DNA of 64,000 nt, taken from positions 13,089 through 77,088 of the forward strand of contig CAXPMI010000060.1 of assembly GCA_964218365.1 (NCBI GenBank), given 5' to 3'. The translations under genes were made by a program, and so were the position numbers. Every line of letters starts with the position of its first letter. Positions within the stretch are counted from its first letter, which is position 1. A model generated the notes under the pieces. That model was given only the letters and a program-made list of their open reading frames with translations. It was not told the DNA's origin and did not search any database. The DNA is from Candidatus Poseidoniaceae archaeon. Its GTDB lineage: Archaea > Thermoplasmatota > Poseidoniia > Poseidoniales > Poseidoniaceae. Shown one piece after another: positions 48,577 to 57,403 of the stretch.

Positions 48577-50595
48577 ATGCGGAGCAAACTTACAGTCTTG
48601 CTTCTGCTTACTCTTTGCATACCAAATGTCAGTGCAGCCATAGATTCAGAGGATGGTGGAGGCGAACTTTGGTTCTCATGTAACGACATCAATGATTGTT
48701 CTCTAACTGAATTTCATACTGGAGATGAGAGTATTAGTGGTAGTGTAAACTCAGCAACCCCTTTTTCTCCTTCAACGGTATTTATCGAATTACCAATGAC
48801 TCCTTCTCAAACCGAAATTGCATTGATTCCTCAAGAGATTGATGAACTACAGATTGATTTGAGGTATCAAGACGACCTTGTTGGTGTTTCTCGACCTGAC
48901 TTAGAAGTAACTATCATTATTGCACAGTCTACAACCATAATTGAATTCCAAGGCGACTCAAATCCAGCAGATGGTATGCAGGGTGCTTACAAGGTAAATG
49001 ATGAGCCATTGGATCTTGCCGGTGACCGACTTTTATGGCCGGGGGAAGAGATTAGAATTTTATTACAGTTTGAAGTCGAGAGGCCTGGAACTTGGCAGTT
49101 GAATCTTAGAGGTTCTTCATACATGTTCCTTGACATTATTTGGTCAGAAGATGTCGACTCTCGAGATGTCGATGAACCATCTTCATATGCATCTCCTCGC
49201 CAAACAGAATTGGATACAGTTCACTATGGTGCGTTGGTTGAAGATGATTGGGATTGTTGGTCTTTTGATGTAGAAAATCACGAAATAATGATGATAACAA
49301 TTGAGTGGGAAGAGGTGCCATCTGAGATAGAACAGAATCATGGCAGGCCCGATTTGATTTTACCAGATAACCGGCTTGCACCGGCTCCTGAATTAGAAAC
49401 AGAAGTAGTAAACGGAGTAACAAAGAGTACTTGGAAGTGGAGAGCATTACCCGTTGGAGAATTTGATTTCTGTATTGGTGGTAAACTGAATTCGTTTCAG
49501 CCCTACAAATGGATCGGATTAATCGCATTTGAGAGCTTAGGTCCGACATCTCCGGATGGATTTGATTATTCTTCATGGGAATGGGAAGGTTATGGAATGA
49601 AGGCTGACCAATATGGATCTGTAGAATTGGATGGAACATCTGGGGTAATGGTTCTAGTTCTATCATTCGCGATTTTATTAGGTCTAGTAATTGAATTGAG
49701 GGCTGAAACAACATCACGAACGGTAAGATTCGGTATTTTTGTTCCGGGAGTTCTTATTTTATTCCTCGGAGGAATAATATCGCCAATGTGGGCTATTGCA
49801 GGAGAAATGCCATCAACAGATGAGATGACTTTAGATGAATTAATTGAAAATCGTTTGGACCAAATTTGGCACGCATCTCACCCAAATGCTCCAGCGTCCT
49901 CAAGGGCTTTGCACGTTGGTTCAACATTCGGTATGTTGGATGGTGAGACCCTGTCTTTGAGATTGGTTGCAGATTCAGCGTGGCCGTTGGATGATGGAAG
50001 ATGGCAACTCTACATTCCAGAATTCTACGAGTTAGATTTTGAATCAAAGATATTTGCCAAGGTTGCAGAAAAATCAGAAACAAGCCCAGTAGATGATTTA
50101 CTTGATTCTCATTCACGTTCGTTCATTCTTTTAGCAGCAAGAACATTGATGTTGGATATACTGATGCTCGAGGCCTTGCTTGTTGTTGATGATTTACCTA
50201 CTTCGAATATTATTCATTTTGAAACAAAAATGGTTGAATCAAGTAAACTTGGTTCGATTCAGGAACCGGCATGGGGAACAAGACCGGTAGATGTTCCTGA
50301 AGGGCGATGGAGACTTATGCAGGAAAACCTCTATCCCAACCTCGTGTCGATAATTTTGCTAGACGGGATAAAGGATGATTTAGAATTCAGGATTAGGATC
50401 GACACTGAAATAGATCACAATTTGATGTATTCTTCGAATGCAGTGATGCCATCAGAACCACTCCTTGAATCACAATACCTTTGGGTAATTGCGGGAATTG
50501 CCCTAGTATTGCTTGGTATCGGAATCGAAAACAAACGCAGAACTAATGCGAAGAGTATTCTGAGCCAATTTGCATTAGAGAATAAATGGGATTAA
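48577..50595 (+). CDS. Large secreted polytopic membrane protein (hypothetical)
   Basis: MRSKLTVLLLLTLCIPNVSAA signal peptide at ATG 48577 (the track ORF starts at 48505 inside the upstream gene). About 330-aa ectodomain, two central TM helices, a second large domain and a terminal TM helix. Confidence 0.55.
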   Translation: MRSKLTVLLLLTLCIPNVSAAIDSEDGGGELWFSCNDINDCSLTEFHTGDESISGSVNSATPFSPSTVFIELPMTPSQTEIALIPQEIDELQIDLRYQDDLVGVSRPDLEVTIIIAQSTTIIEFQGDSNPADGMQGAYKVNDEPLDLAGDRLLWPGEEIRILLQFEVERPGTWQLNLRGSSYMFLDIIWSEDVDSRDVDEPSSYASPRQTELDTVHYGALVEDDWDCWSFDVENHEIMMITIEWEEVPSEIEQNHGRPDLILPDNRLAPAPELETEVVNGVTKSTWKWRALPVGEFDFCIGGKLNSFQPYKWIGLIAFESLGPTSPDGFDYSSWEWEGYGMKADQYGSVELDGTSGVMVLVLSFAILLGLVIELRAETTSRTVRFGIFVPGVLILFLGGIISPMWAIAGEMPSTDEMTLDELIENRLDQIWHASHPNAPASSRALHVGSTFGMLDGETLSLRLVADSAWPLDDGRWQLYIPEFYELDFESKIFAKVAEKSETSPVDDLLDSHSRSFILLAARTLMLDILMLEALLVVDDLPTSNIIHFETKMVESSKLGSIQEPAWGTRPVDVPEGRWRLMQENLYPNLVSIILLDGIKDDLEFRIRIDTEIDHNLMYSSNAVMPSEPLLESQYLWVIAGIALVLLGIGIENKRRTNAKSILSQFALENKWD

Positions 50596-51248
50596 TCATC
50601 TAGAGATTTGAGAATCTTTTCGACCTCACTAGTGATTTCACCACTTTCTAATGCCTTTGATAATTTGGTTTTCTTTGCTTTAGATAGCCCTTCAGCAGCG
50701 TTTTCAATCATCACTTTCTCATCGTCTGTGACCTTGCCATCAGCAAGTGCGGACTTTATTGCACTCTTGACAGCCATCTTCGCAGCTTCTTCATCACTTA
50801 TTCCCAACGCAGTTTGAATCGCTTTCAATTCTTCAAGTTCTTTGTCTGTAATTACGCCGTCAGCGAAGGCGTTTTCGTATTCTTTGACTAGGAATTCAGT
50901 ATATGCTTCAGGGTTGAGGATAACGTCTCTGATTAAACCGTAATCGATGCTGCCTTGTTTTGAGCCCATTTCTAGCAAAACAATCGATTTTCTGACTTCC
51001 TTGATGGCCATGTCTTTCAATCCATGGCCTGCCCAAATAACACCTGAAACGGTAACCGCCGCAGCGAACCATCTCATTACATCAGGGTCTACTAGATTGC
51101 CTGGTGAAATTAACTGGAAAATTCCAATCACTGCCATCAATGAACCCGCTATGACTTCAAACCAGTCATTCAAATCTGGCTCATCATCGAAGACTGAAAG
51201 TCTCTCGTCAACCAAAGCATCGTCGTTGCCCATGTTGTGTCCACGCAC
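50592..51248 (-). CDS. Membrane protein with helical DGxxTDxE repeat region (TerB-like; hypothetical)
   Basis: Two N-terminal TM helices, then repeats DGVITDKELEELK and DGKVTDDEKVMI. The family assignment is weak. Confidence 0.4.
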   Translation of the reverse strand: MRGHNMGNDDALVDERLSVFDDEPDLNDWFEVIAGSLMAVIGIFQLISPGNLVDPDVMRWFAAAVTVSGVIWAGHGLKDMAIKEVRKSIVLLEMGSKQGSIDYGLIRDVILNPEAYTEFLVKEYENAFADGVITDKELEELKAIQTALGISDEEAAKMAVKSAIKSALADGKVTDDEKVMIENAAEGLSKAKKTKLSKALESGEITSEVEKILKSLDD

Positions 51249-51298
51249 AAAATAGGACTTAGCAGTGTCGGCTAATCAATCGCTTACCTTTTGGACTA

Positions 51299-53827
51299 TT
51301 GACTCTTCAAACAACTATGGGTGAACCGGAGAGGTCTGTTTCAAATCTCGGGTTGCCCGTTGACTTCACAAATTTCATCAAAAACGATTGGGGTATCGAA
51401 ACATTGCATCCACCGCAAGCAGATGCTATGCCTTCGGTCCTTCAAGGCAAGAATACAATGGTGTGTATACCTACTGCTAGTGGTAAAAGTTTGGTAGCAT
51501 ACATGGGTATCGTAAACCAGATAATGACGGTTGATCCAGGTTCTAGAGGGATATACATCGTTCCATTGAAGGCACTTGCAACGGAGAAATTGGAAGAGCT
51601 AAAGCAACTTGGCGAAAGCCTCGGTTTAAAAATTGGATTGGGAATCGGAGACGCACCGAGTGAAACAAGACAAATCGATGATTGTGATATTCTTGTATGC
51701 ACTAGTGAAAAATTAGACTCGTTAATGCGCTCAAAGGCTGAGGTTTTGCGAAGGGTTTCCGTTGTTGTTGCAGATGAGTTCCATCTTCTAAACGATAGTC
51801 ATAGAGGGCCTACAATGGAAATTAATCTGGCTAGAATTAGGCACTTATTACCTGATGCTCAGATAATCACTTTATCTGCTACGGTGGGGAACTCTCAAGA
51901 TTTAGCAGATTGGCTTAACAGCGATTTAGTAGTGTCTGAGTGGAGGCCAGTCAGTCTCGAGTATGCTACACTGGCAGAACTGGATTTAGAGCCAAGAGCC
52001 ATTCAAAAAAGTGAATTTTCATCAACTTCAAACTTGGGCCCTCCAAGGACTCTTAATGGCCCCAAATCACACGTTGCTTGGGCTGCCTTAAGCGATGTCT
52101 ACGAGGATGGTGGCCAGTTACTGGTGTTTGTATCTTCAAGAAGATCTGCCCAATCTGAAGCAAAGAAGTTAGGTCAACGCATGGAGAAGTATCTAGAAAA
52201 ACACAATCCAGAAGTTTTGCCAAAACTAAGAGAGTTGTCTCAACGTTTAGCAAGGTCATCCAATTCAGCAATGGGTGATACCCTTGCAGAGTGTGTGAAG
52301 GGTGGCGTTGCTTTCCATCATGCGGGTCTGATGCACACTCAACGCACAGAAATCGAAAATGCGTTCAAAGAGCGATTGCTGTACTGTCTTAGTGCGACTC
52401 CTACCCTGGCAGCAGGAGTAAACCTACCTGCTAGACGCGTTCTTGTGAGGGATTTGAAACGTTTTGATGACGGCATGAGTCGGCTATTACCTGTCATGGA
52501 AGTTAAGCAAATGCTTGGAAGAGCAGGTCGTCCAAGATACGACCCTGTTGGTGAAGCTTGGTTAGCATGCAAAGGCGGTGATCCAAGACAAATGGCTGAC
52601 GAAATCGCAGACCGTTACATTCACGGCCCGGTCGAAGATATCACTTCTAAATTAGCCGCAGAACCTGCAATGCGTTTTCATCTCCTATCGTCCATCGCTA
52701 CAGGTGGACTTCATACAAGAAGAGCGATTGGTGAATTCTTTGCAGGTACTTATCTGGGTCATACTCAAACCAATTCATACCTTCAAGAAACAATCGATTC
52801 CATGCTAAGGTGGTTGGTTGAAAAGAGGTTCATTCGAAGGACAAATATTGGTGTTGAGGAAGAAGACTGGGACGACGAATTGCCTTCATGGGTCGACGCT
52901 GCCCAAGCAGCCTCTGGTGTAACAATGGGCAAGAAGAAATCTGTAGAGCCCGCTGAAGCAACCTTCGGATTCCAAAGGGCATCAAGAATCTCAGTTCAGA
53001 CTTCAACAGCACTTGAAATCGAAGCTCTAGACAACGAATACGAAGCAACCCCAATGGGTGAGAGGGTATCTCAATTGTATATCGACCCACTTTCTGCTGA
53101 CATATTACTCGAGGGCTTGCGACGTGCTGTAAGAAGAATTGTTCGTAAAACACTCCCTGTCACCAGTTTCTCACTTTGTCATCTAGTTGCAGCAACTCCG
53201 GATTTTATTTCGCTATGGCCTAAATCAAAGGAATTAGAATTTGGAAGCGATTTGAGGCAAAAGGCAGCAATTGTTGAAGATGAATTATTGATTGAAAGTC
53301 CGATTGACGAAAGGGCAATGGGAATGGTCAAGAGTGCTTGGTGTACGGAATTTTGGTACGAAGAGAAAGACTTGAGGGACATTGAGAAAGAATTGGGTGT
53401 AACTCCCGGTGATGTGTATTCTCGAACAGATTTGATGGGATGGCTTCTACTTGCTGCTAGGGAAATCTTGCTAAGGGACGACGTTTTTGCCGAAGAACAT
53501 CTTGGATATGTCGCAGATTTGGCGGGCTTACTTGAGTTGACTAGGGCTAGAGTTCGAGCAGGCTGCAAAGAGGATTTGCTACAACTTGTACAGGTTAGAA
53601 ACGTTGGAAGAAACAGAGCGAGGACCCTCTCGCAAATGGGGATTAGAACCCCTGCGGACTTACTTGCAATGTCTGCAAAGGATTTAGACAAGCTGAAGTC
53701 AAAGCGAGGTTGGGGTCCTATTCTGGTTGAGAGAATACTCGATTCTGTCAAGAAAATTTCAACAAAACACGAAATAAAGCAATCTCGGAGTGACGATGAA
53801 CCTCTGCCAGGGGAGCGTCAGGATTGA
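51299..53827 (+). CDS. hel308: Hel308/Ski2-type DNA helicase
   Basis: PTASGKS (motif I), ADEFHLLND (DExH), SATVGN, FHHAGL, QMLGRAGR, C-terminal HhH-like domain. 842 aa including an extra segment near 52840-53040. TTG 51299 or ATG 51317. Confidence 0.85.
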   Translation: MTLQTTMGEPERSVSNLGLPVDFTNFIKNDWGIETLHPPQADAMPSVLQGKNTMVCIPTASGKSLVAYMGIVNQIMTVDPGSRGIYIVPLKALATEKLEELKQLGESLGLKIGLGIGDAPSETRQIDDCDILVCTSEKLDSLMRSKAEVLRRVSVVVADEFHLLNDSHRGPTMEINLARIRHLLPDAQIITLSATVGNSQDLADWLNSDLVVSEWRPVSLEYATLAELDLEPRAIQKSEFSSTSNLGPPRTLNGPKSHVAWAALSDVYEDGGQLLVFVSSRRSAQSEAKKLGQRMEKYLEKHNPEVLPKLRELSQRLARSSNSAMGDTLAECVKGGVAFHHAGLMHTQRTEIENAFKERLLYCLSATPTLAAGVNLPARRVLVRDLKRFDDGMSRLLPVMEVKQMLGRAGRPRYDPVGEAWLACKGGDPRQMADEIADRYIHGPVEDITSKLAAEPAMRFHLLSSIATGGLHTRRAIGEFFAGTYLGHTQTNSYLQETIDSMLRWLVEKRFIRRTNIGVEEEDWDDELPSWVDAAQAASGVTMGKKKSVEPAEATFGFQRASRISVQTSTALEIEALDNEYEATPMGERVSQLYIDPLSADILLEGLRRAVRRIVRKTLPVTSFSLCHLVAATPDFISLWPKSKELEFGSDLRQKAAIVEDELLIESPIDERAMGMVKSAWCTEFWYEEKDLRDIEKELGVTPGDVYSRTDLMGWLLLAAREILLRDDVFAEEHLGYVADLAGLLELTRARVRAGCKEDLLQLVQVRNVGRNRARTLSQMGIRTPADLLAMSAKDLDKLKSKRGWGPILVERILDSVKKISTKHEIKQSRSDDEPLPGERQD

Positions 53828-53923
53828 AATTGTGAATGCTTTCCGGCAAATGTGTCCCCGCCAGCATTTCCGTGCAAGAGAGTAACGCTTAGCGAGGCTT
53901 GTGTTGACCCTAGGGCGCTTGCA

Positions 53924-54340
53924 ATGACTTGGATAGAGAACAGAGACTCGGAAAATTGGGCGCTCATCAGCGGCACATGTCTTGCGAGTGATGTTCATGG
54001 CTGGGTTGCTCATGAAGTCCTAATGCGAAACAAGGAACGGGGTAAAATGAAATCAAATTCGCTTGATGGCGAGTTTATCAGACTTCTATCTGGCACACAT
54101 CACATTGCTACGAGTTTCAAGAGAGCAGGTCTTTGTAAAGGTGATGAAACAGCTTGGATAGTTGATCTATCATGCGAACAATCTGAAGAGATGTTTGCTC
54201 AGCATGCTACAAAGATGAACTTTGAAATAACTGATGAGAGACCGAATATTTCCATTTTTGATGCTGCAAGAATGGGTATTGAGGGTGATGTCTCAGAGGA
54301 TGCTGCAATCGGACATATCCACCTCTCAGATTTACGCTAG
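53924..54340 (+). CDS. cgi121: KEOPS subunit Cgi121-like protein
   Basis: FIRLLSGTHHIATSFKRAGLCKGDETAWIV aligns by eye with the Cgi121 core (L.RASGQRQI..AIK..G). Acidic EQSEEMF follows. Start is ATG 53924 or GTG 53852. Confidence 0.45.
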   Translation: MTWIENRDSENWALISGTCLASDVHGWVAHEVLMRNKERGKMKSNSLDGEFIRLLSGTHHIATSFKRAGLCKGDETAWIVDLSCEQSEEMFAQHATKMNFEITDERPNISIFDAARMGIEGDVSEDAAIGHIHLSDLR

Positions 54341-54414
54341 AACTCGTAAATGTGAAAGAGCCCCTACTGTACCGATGGTACATGGTGGTCGCAACTCGAC
54401 AATCAGATTCGATG

Positions 54415-55821
54415 TTCTCTAGTGGTAGAATACTAGATGAAGACAAGATAAACAAGGCATTGAACAATGCTTCTGAGTTAGGTGCTCAATATGCAGAAAT
54501 AAGATTAGTCAGCCAAACTACTAACACTGCGTCTCTGAAAGATGGAAAGTTGGAACGTGCAATTCCTGGGCAAGAGATTGGAGTAACGATGAGAATACTT
54601 GCTGATGGTGCCTGGGGCGTTCACTCAACAAGTGATATTTCATCAATTCCAGAGCAGGTAGGGCCAACGTTGAGATTGGCAAAAGCAGTTGCTGCACGTC
54701 GCTCTTCATCCCAACATCCAGTAGGCCTAGCAGAGGTTCCAATTATCGAGGACGTAACTCATTGGAGAAGTGTGAAAGATGTACGAGATACAGATTTGGA
54801 TACTCGAATCGAAATGATGTTGGCTATCGATAATGAGGCCAAAGACCATGAAAACATCGTATCCACTTCCACTGGTTGGTCGGATGAACACATCCACACT
54901 GAATTGATGACTACTGAGGGAATGAACAGAGTTTGGTCGTTCCAAAGGAGCCTAATCAATGGAATGGTTACAGCACGAGAGGGCACCGATGTTGTTTCCT
55001 ATAGAATGAGGCATGGTGGAGAAGGTGGTCTCGAGGTTATTGAGTCATGTGACCTTGGTGAGATGGGTAGGAATGCAAGAATTTCAGCACTTAGACTATT
55101 GAAAGCTGAAAGAGCACCATCAGGAAAAATGCCGTTGGTAGCAGATAGAGATCTTACAGGAGTTTACATTCACGAAGCCTTGGGACACCCCTGTGAGGCA
55201 GATTTAGTCGCTGCAGGTGACTCATGTTTGGAAGGAAGGCTTGGTCAAACAATCGGCTCAGAGATTTGCACTGTAGTCGATGACCCAACTATGCGTGGCG
55301 GCTATGGATGCTATCCAGTAGACGATGAAGGAGTTAATACAAGGCCAAAAAACCTGATCGTAAATGGAGTGCTGACCGAGTATCTCAATCATAGAGAAAC
55401 CGCTCACAGGTATGATTTAGATCCTAACGGTGGCGCTAGAGCACAAGATGGATTGCATCATCCTCTCGTTAGAATGTCTAACACTGTAATTCAAGGTGGA
55501 ACACACAATGACCTTGACGAATTGATTGAAGATATCGAATTTGGAGTTTATGCTTGCGGCAGCAGAGGTGGCCAGGTAGATACTGGCAGAGGGTCATTCC
55601 AATTCGCAGCACAAGAAGCATGGATTATTGAAAATGGTTCATTATCACGTCCAGTAAAGGATGTCAGCGTTTCGGGAATGACTCTTGAAATCTTGAAGAA
55701 CGTCGATGGTTTAACTCGAGACGCATATCTTGGCTCACCTGGTTTCTGCGGCAAAGGTCAAACCGTTCCTGTTGGTGATGGTGGACCTCTGATGAGAATT
55801 AGAGAAGCATTGGTGGGATGA
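54415..55821 (+). CDS. tldD: TldD metalloprotease subunit
   Basis: HEALGHPCEAD zinc motif, GGRGG-like SRGGQVD, family-typical C-terminus GDGGPLMRI. Alternative starts at GTG 54352 and ATG 54382. Confidence 0.85.
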   Translation, partial: FSSGRILDEDKINKALNNASELGAQYAEIRLVSQTTNTASLKDGKLERAIPGQEIGVTMRILADGAWGVHSTSDISSIPEQVGPTLRLAKAVAARRSSSQHPVGLAEVPIIEDVTHWRSVKDVRDTDLDTRIEMMLAIDNEAKDHENIVSTSTGWSDEHIHTELMTTEGMNRVWSFQRSLINGMVTAREGTDVVSYRMRHGGEGGLEVIESCDLGEMGRNARISALRLLKAERAPSGKMPLVADRDLTGVYIHEALGHPCEADLVAAGDSCLEGRLGQTIGSEICTVVDDPTMRGGYGCYPVDDEGVNTRPKNLIVNGVLTEYLNHRETAHRYDLDPNGGARAQDGLHHPLVRMSNTVIQGGTHNDLDELIEDIEFGVYACGSRGGQVDTGRGSFQFAAQEAWIIENGSLSRPVKDVSVSGMTLEILKNVDGLTRDAYLGSPGFCGKGQTVPVGDGGPLMRIREALVG

Positions 55822-55822
55822 T

Positions 55823-57223
55823 ATGATTCCAGATGATGCTGTTGAGCGTTTAATGGATTCAGCGCTACAGATAGGAAAAGCGTGTGACAATGAAGGCATT
55901 TCTCAGTGGGAAATCTTTGCCTCGCAAGGATATGGTCACTCACTTGACATCGAAGCTGGCAAAATTTCCATGGCTTCAGGCGGTGGCGAGGGTGGATTCG
56001 GTATCCGTATTGTAGAGGATGGAAGATATGGTTTTGCTCACTTGGTTGACCCTTCTTCCGCATCACATGCAATCGGACAAGCAATCAGCATAGCAAGAAA
56101 ATCCCCTTCAATTGAAGGCTTTGAATTACCTGGAAATGTTTCTGCTACCAGCGTTGGTGGTATGAAGGATAAAGCGATTCTTGACATGGGGCCAGAAGAC
56201 CTCTTGGCTCAAGGTGACCAGGTGCTTACAAGGGTTGCAGAGTTGGATTCACGGGCGGTTGCCGTAGGCGGTGGAGTAGGAGTCGGTGCGGGTGCAGGTG
56301 CTATAGTTACGAGTTCTGGAATCGAAGATGGTGGCGTCTATACATCCCATGGAATCGGAATTCATGTTTCAATAGATGAGAATGACCAACTAACATCTTC
56401 GTATGAAGGAGAATCATCCAGAACTCTTCTCAAAGATTTGACCGCATGTGTGGACAAAGCTGTCCATTGGTCTCAAATCACGCGCGAAAAAGTTGATGGA
56501 AAAGAAACTCAAGACTGTCCTGTGTTAATGACATCTGACGGTTTTTCCCCTCTTTTCTCAGTAGTTGTCCCATCTGCAATCAAAGGAGAGAGACTTGCGA
56601 GAGGCGAGTCATTCTGGTCTGGAAAAATGAACGAGCTTGTGATTGCTGACCACCTTTCTCTAGTTGACGACGGCCTAATGGAAGGTGGTATGTCATCTGG
56701 CTCTAGGGATGATGAGGGTGTTCCAAGCAGAACTCAAACAATAGTTGATTCAGGAAGATTAACTGGTGAATTATGGTCAACAAGGGATGCTGCAAAACTG
56801 GTCGCTGAAGGTAAGGTAGATTCTGCACAAACTACAGGTTCGGCATCAAGAGGAGGGCACACTGCACCTCCAATCTGCGGTTGCAGTGATCTTATTTTAT
56901 CCTCATCAGCAAAAACCCATTCAAGAGATAGACTGGTTGAAGAGATGGAAGAGGGGTATGTTGTTCACAGTGTTATGGGCGCACACACCGCAAATCCAAC
57001 CAGTGGGGACTTTTCTGTAACGACCTCTACGATTTTGCGAGTCGAAGCCGGCGAGATAGTTGGTGCTCTGTCACAAGCTGGCTTTTCTGGAAATATGGCT
57101 AAAGCCCTTTCCGGTAGGGTTGTACTAGGAGACTCGTCAATACGCAAGGGTTCATACAGCACCGGCTCAATGCATGTACCAGATGTGCTAATGATGGACG
57201 GTTTGAGGATTAATCCTGCTTGA
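55823..57223 (+). CDS. pmbA: PmbA/TldE protease partner subunit
   Basis: TldD/PmbA fold without HExxxH. GFGIRIVEDGRYGFA, GDFSV. Begins 1 nt after the tldD stop. Confidence 0.8.
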   Translation: MIPDDAVERLMDSALQIGKACDNEGISQWEIFASQGYGHSLDIEAGKISMASGGGEGGFGIRIVEDGRYGFAHLVDPSSASHAIGQAISIARKSPSIEGFELPGNVSATSVGGMKDKAILDMGPEDLLAQGDQVLTRVAELDSRAVAVGGGVGVGAGAGAIVTSSGIEDGGVYTSHGIGIHVSIDENDQLTSSYEGESSRTLLKDLTACVDKAVHWSQITREKVDGKETQDCPVLMTSDGFSPLFSVVVPSAIKGERLARGESFWSGKMNELVIADHLSLVDDGLMEGGMSSGSRDDEGVPSRTQTIVDSGRLTGELWSTRDAAKLVAEGKVDSAQTTGSASRGGHTAPPICGCSDLILSSSAKTHSRDRLVEEMEEGYVVHSVMGAHTANPTSGDFSVTTSTILRVEAGEIVGALSQAGFSGNMAKALSGRVVLGDSSIRKGSYSTGSMHVPDVLMMDGLRINPA

Positions 57224-57353
57224 TTTGTTTACTTTCAGTTTAAATCAAAATCTTGCAGACATCTTCATGAACCTTCTCCATTAGTCATTCAACTCCACGG
57301 AGGTGAAAGGGAGTGTCCAATAGATTCAACCAACCAGCACGAAAGCCCAACCA

Positions 57354-57369
57354 CCCGTCCTGCGACGGG
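57354..57369 (+). promoter_or_regulatory. Hairpin CCCGTC-CTGC-GACGGG in the rpa leader
   Basis: Perfect 6-bp stem with a 4-nt loop. A second CCGTC copy at 57387-57391, directly before the rpa SD GAGGTG (57392-57397), could pair alternatively with GACGG. Confidence 0.35.
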
Positions 57370-57403
57370 CCAGAAATCGAAACTGACCGTCGAGGTGTTA
57401 CAG

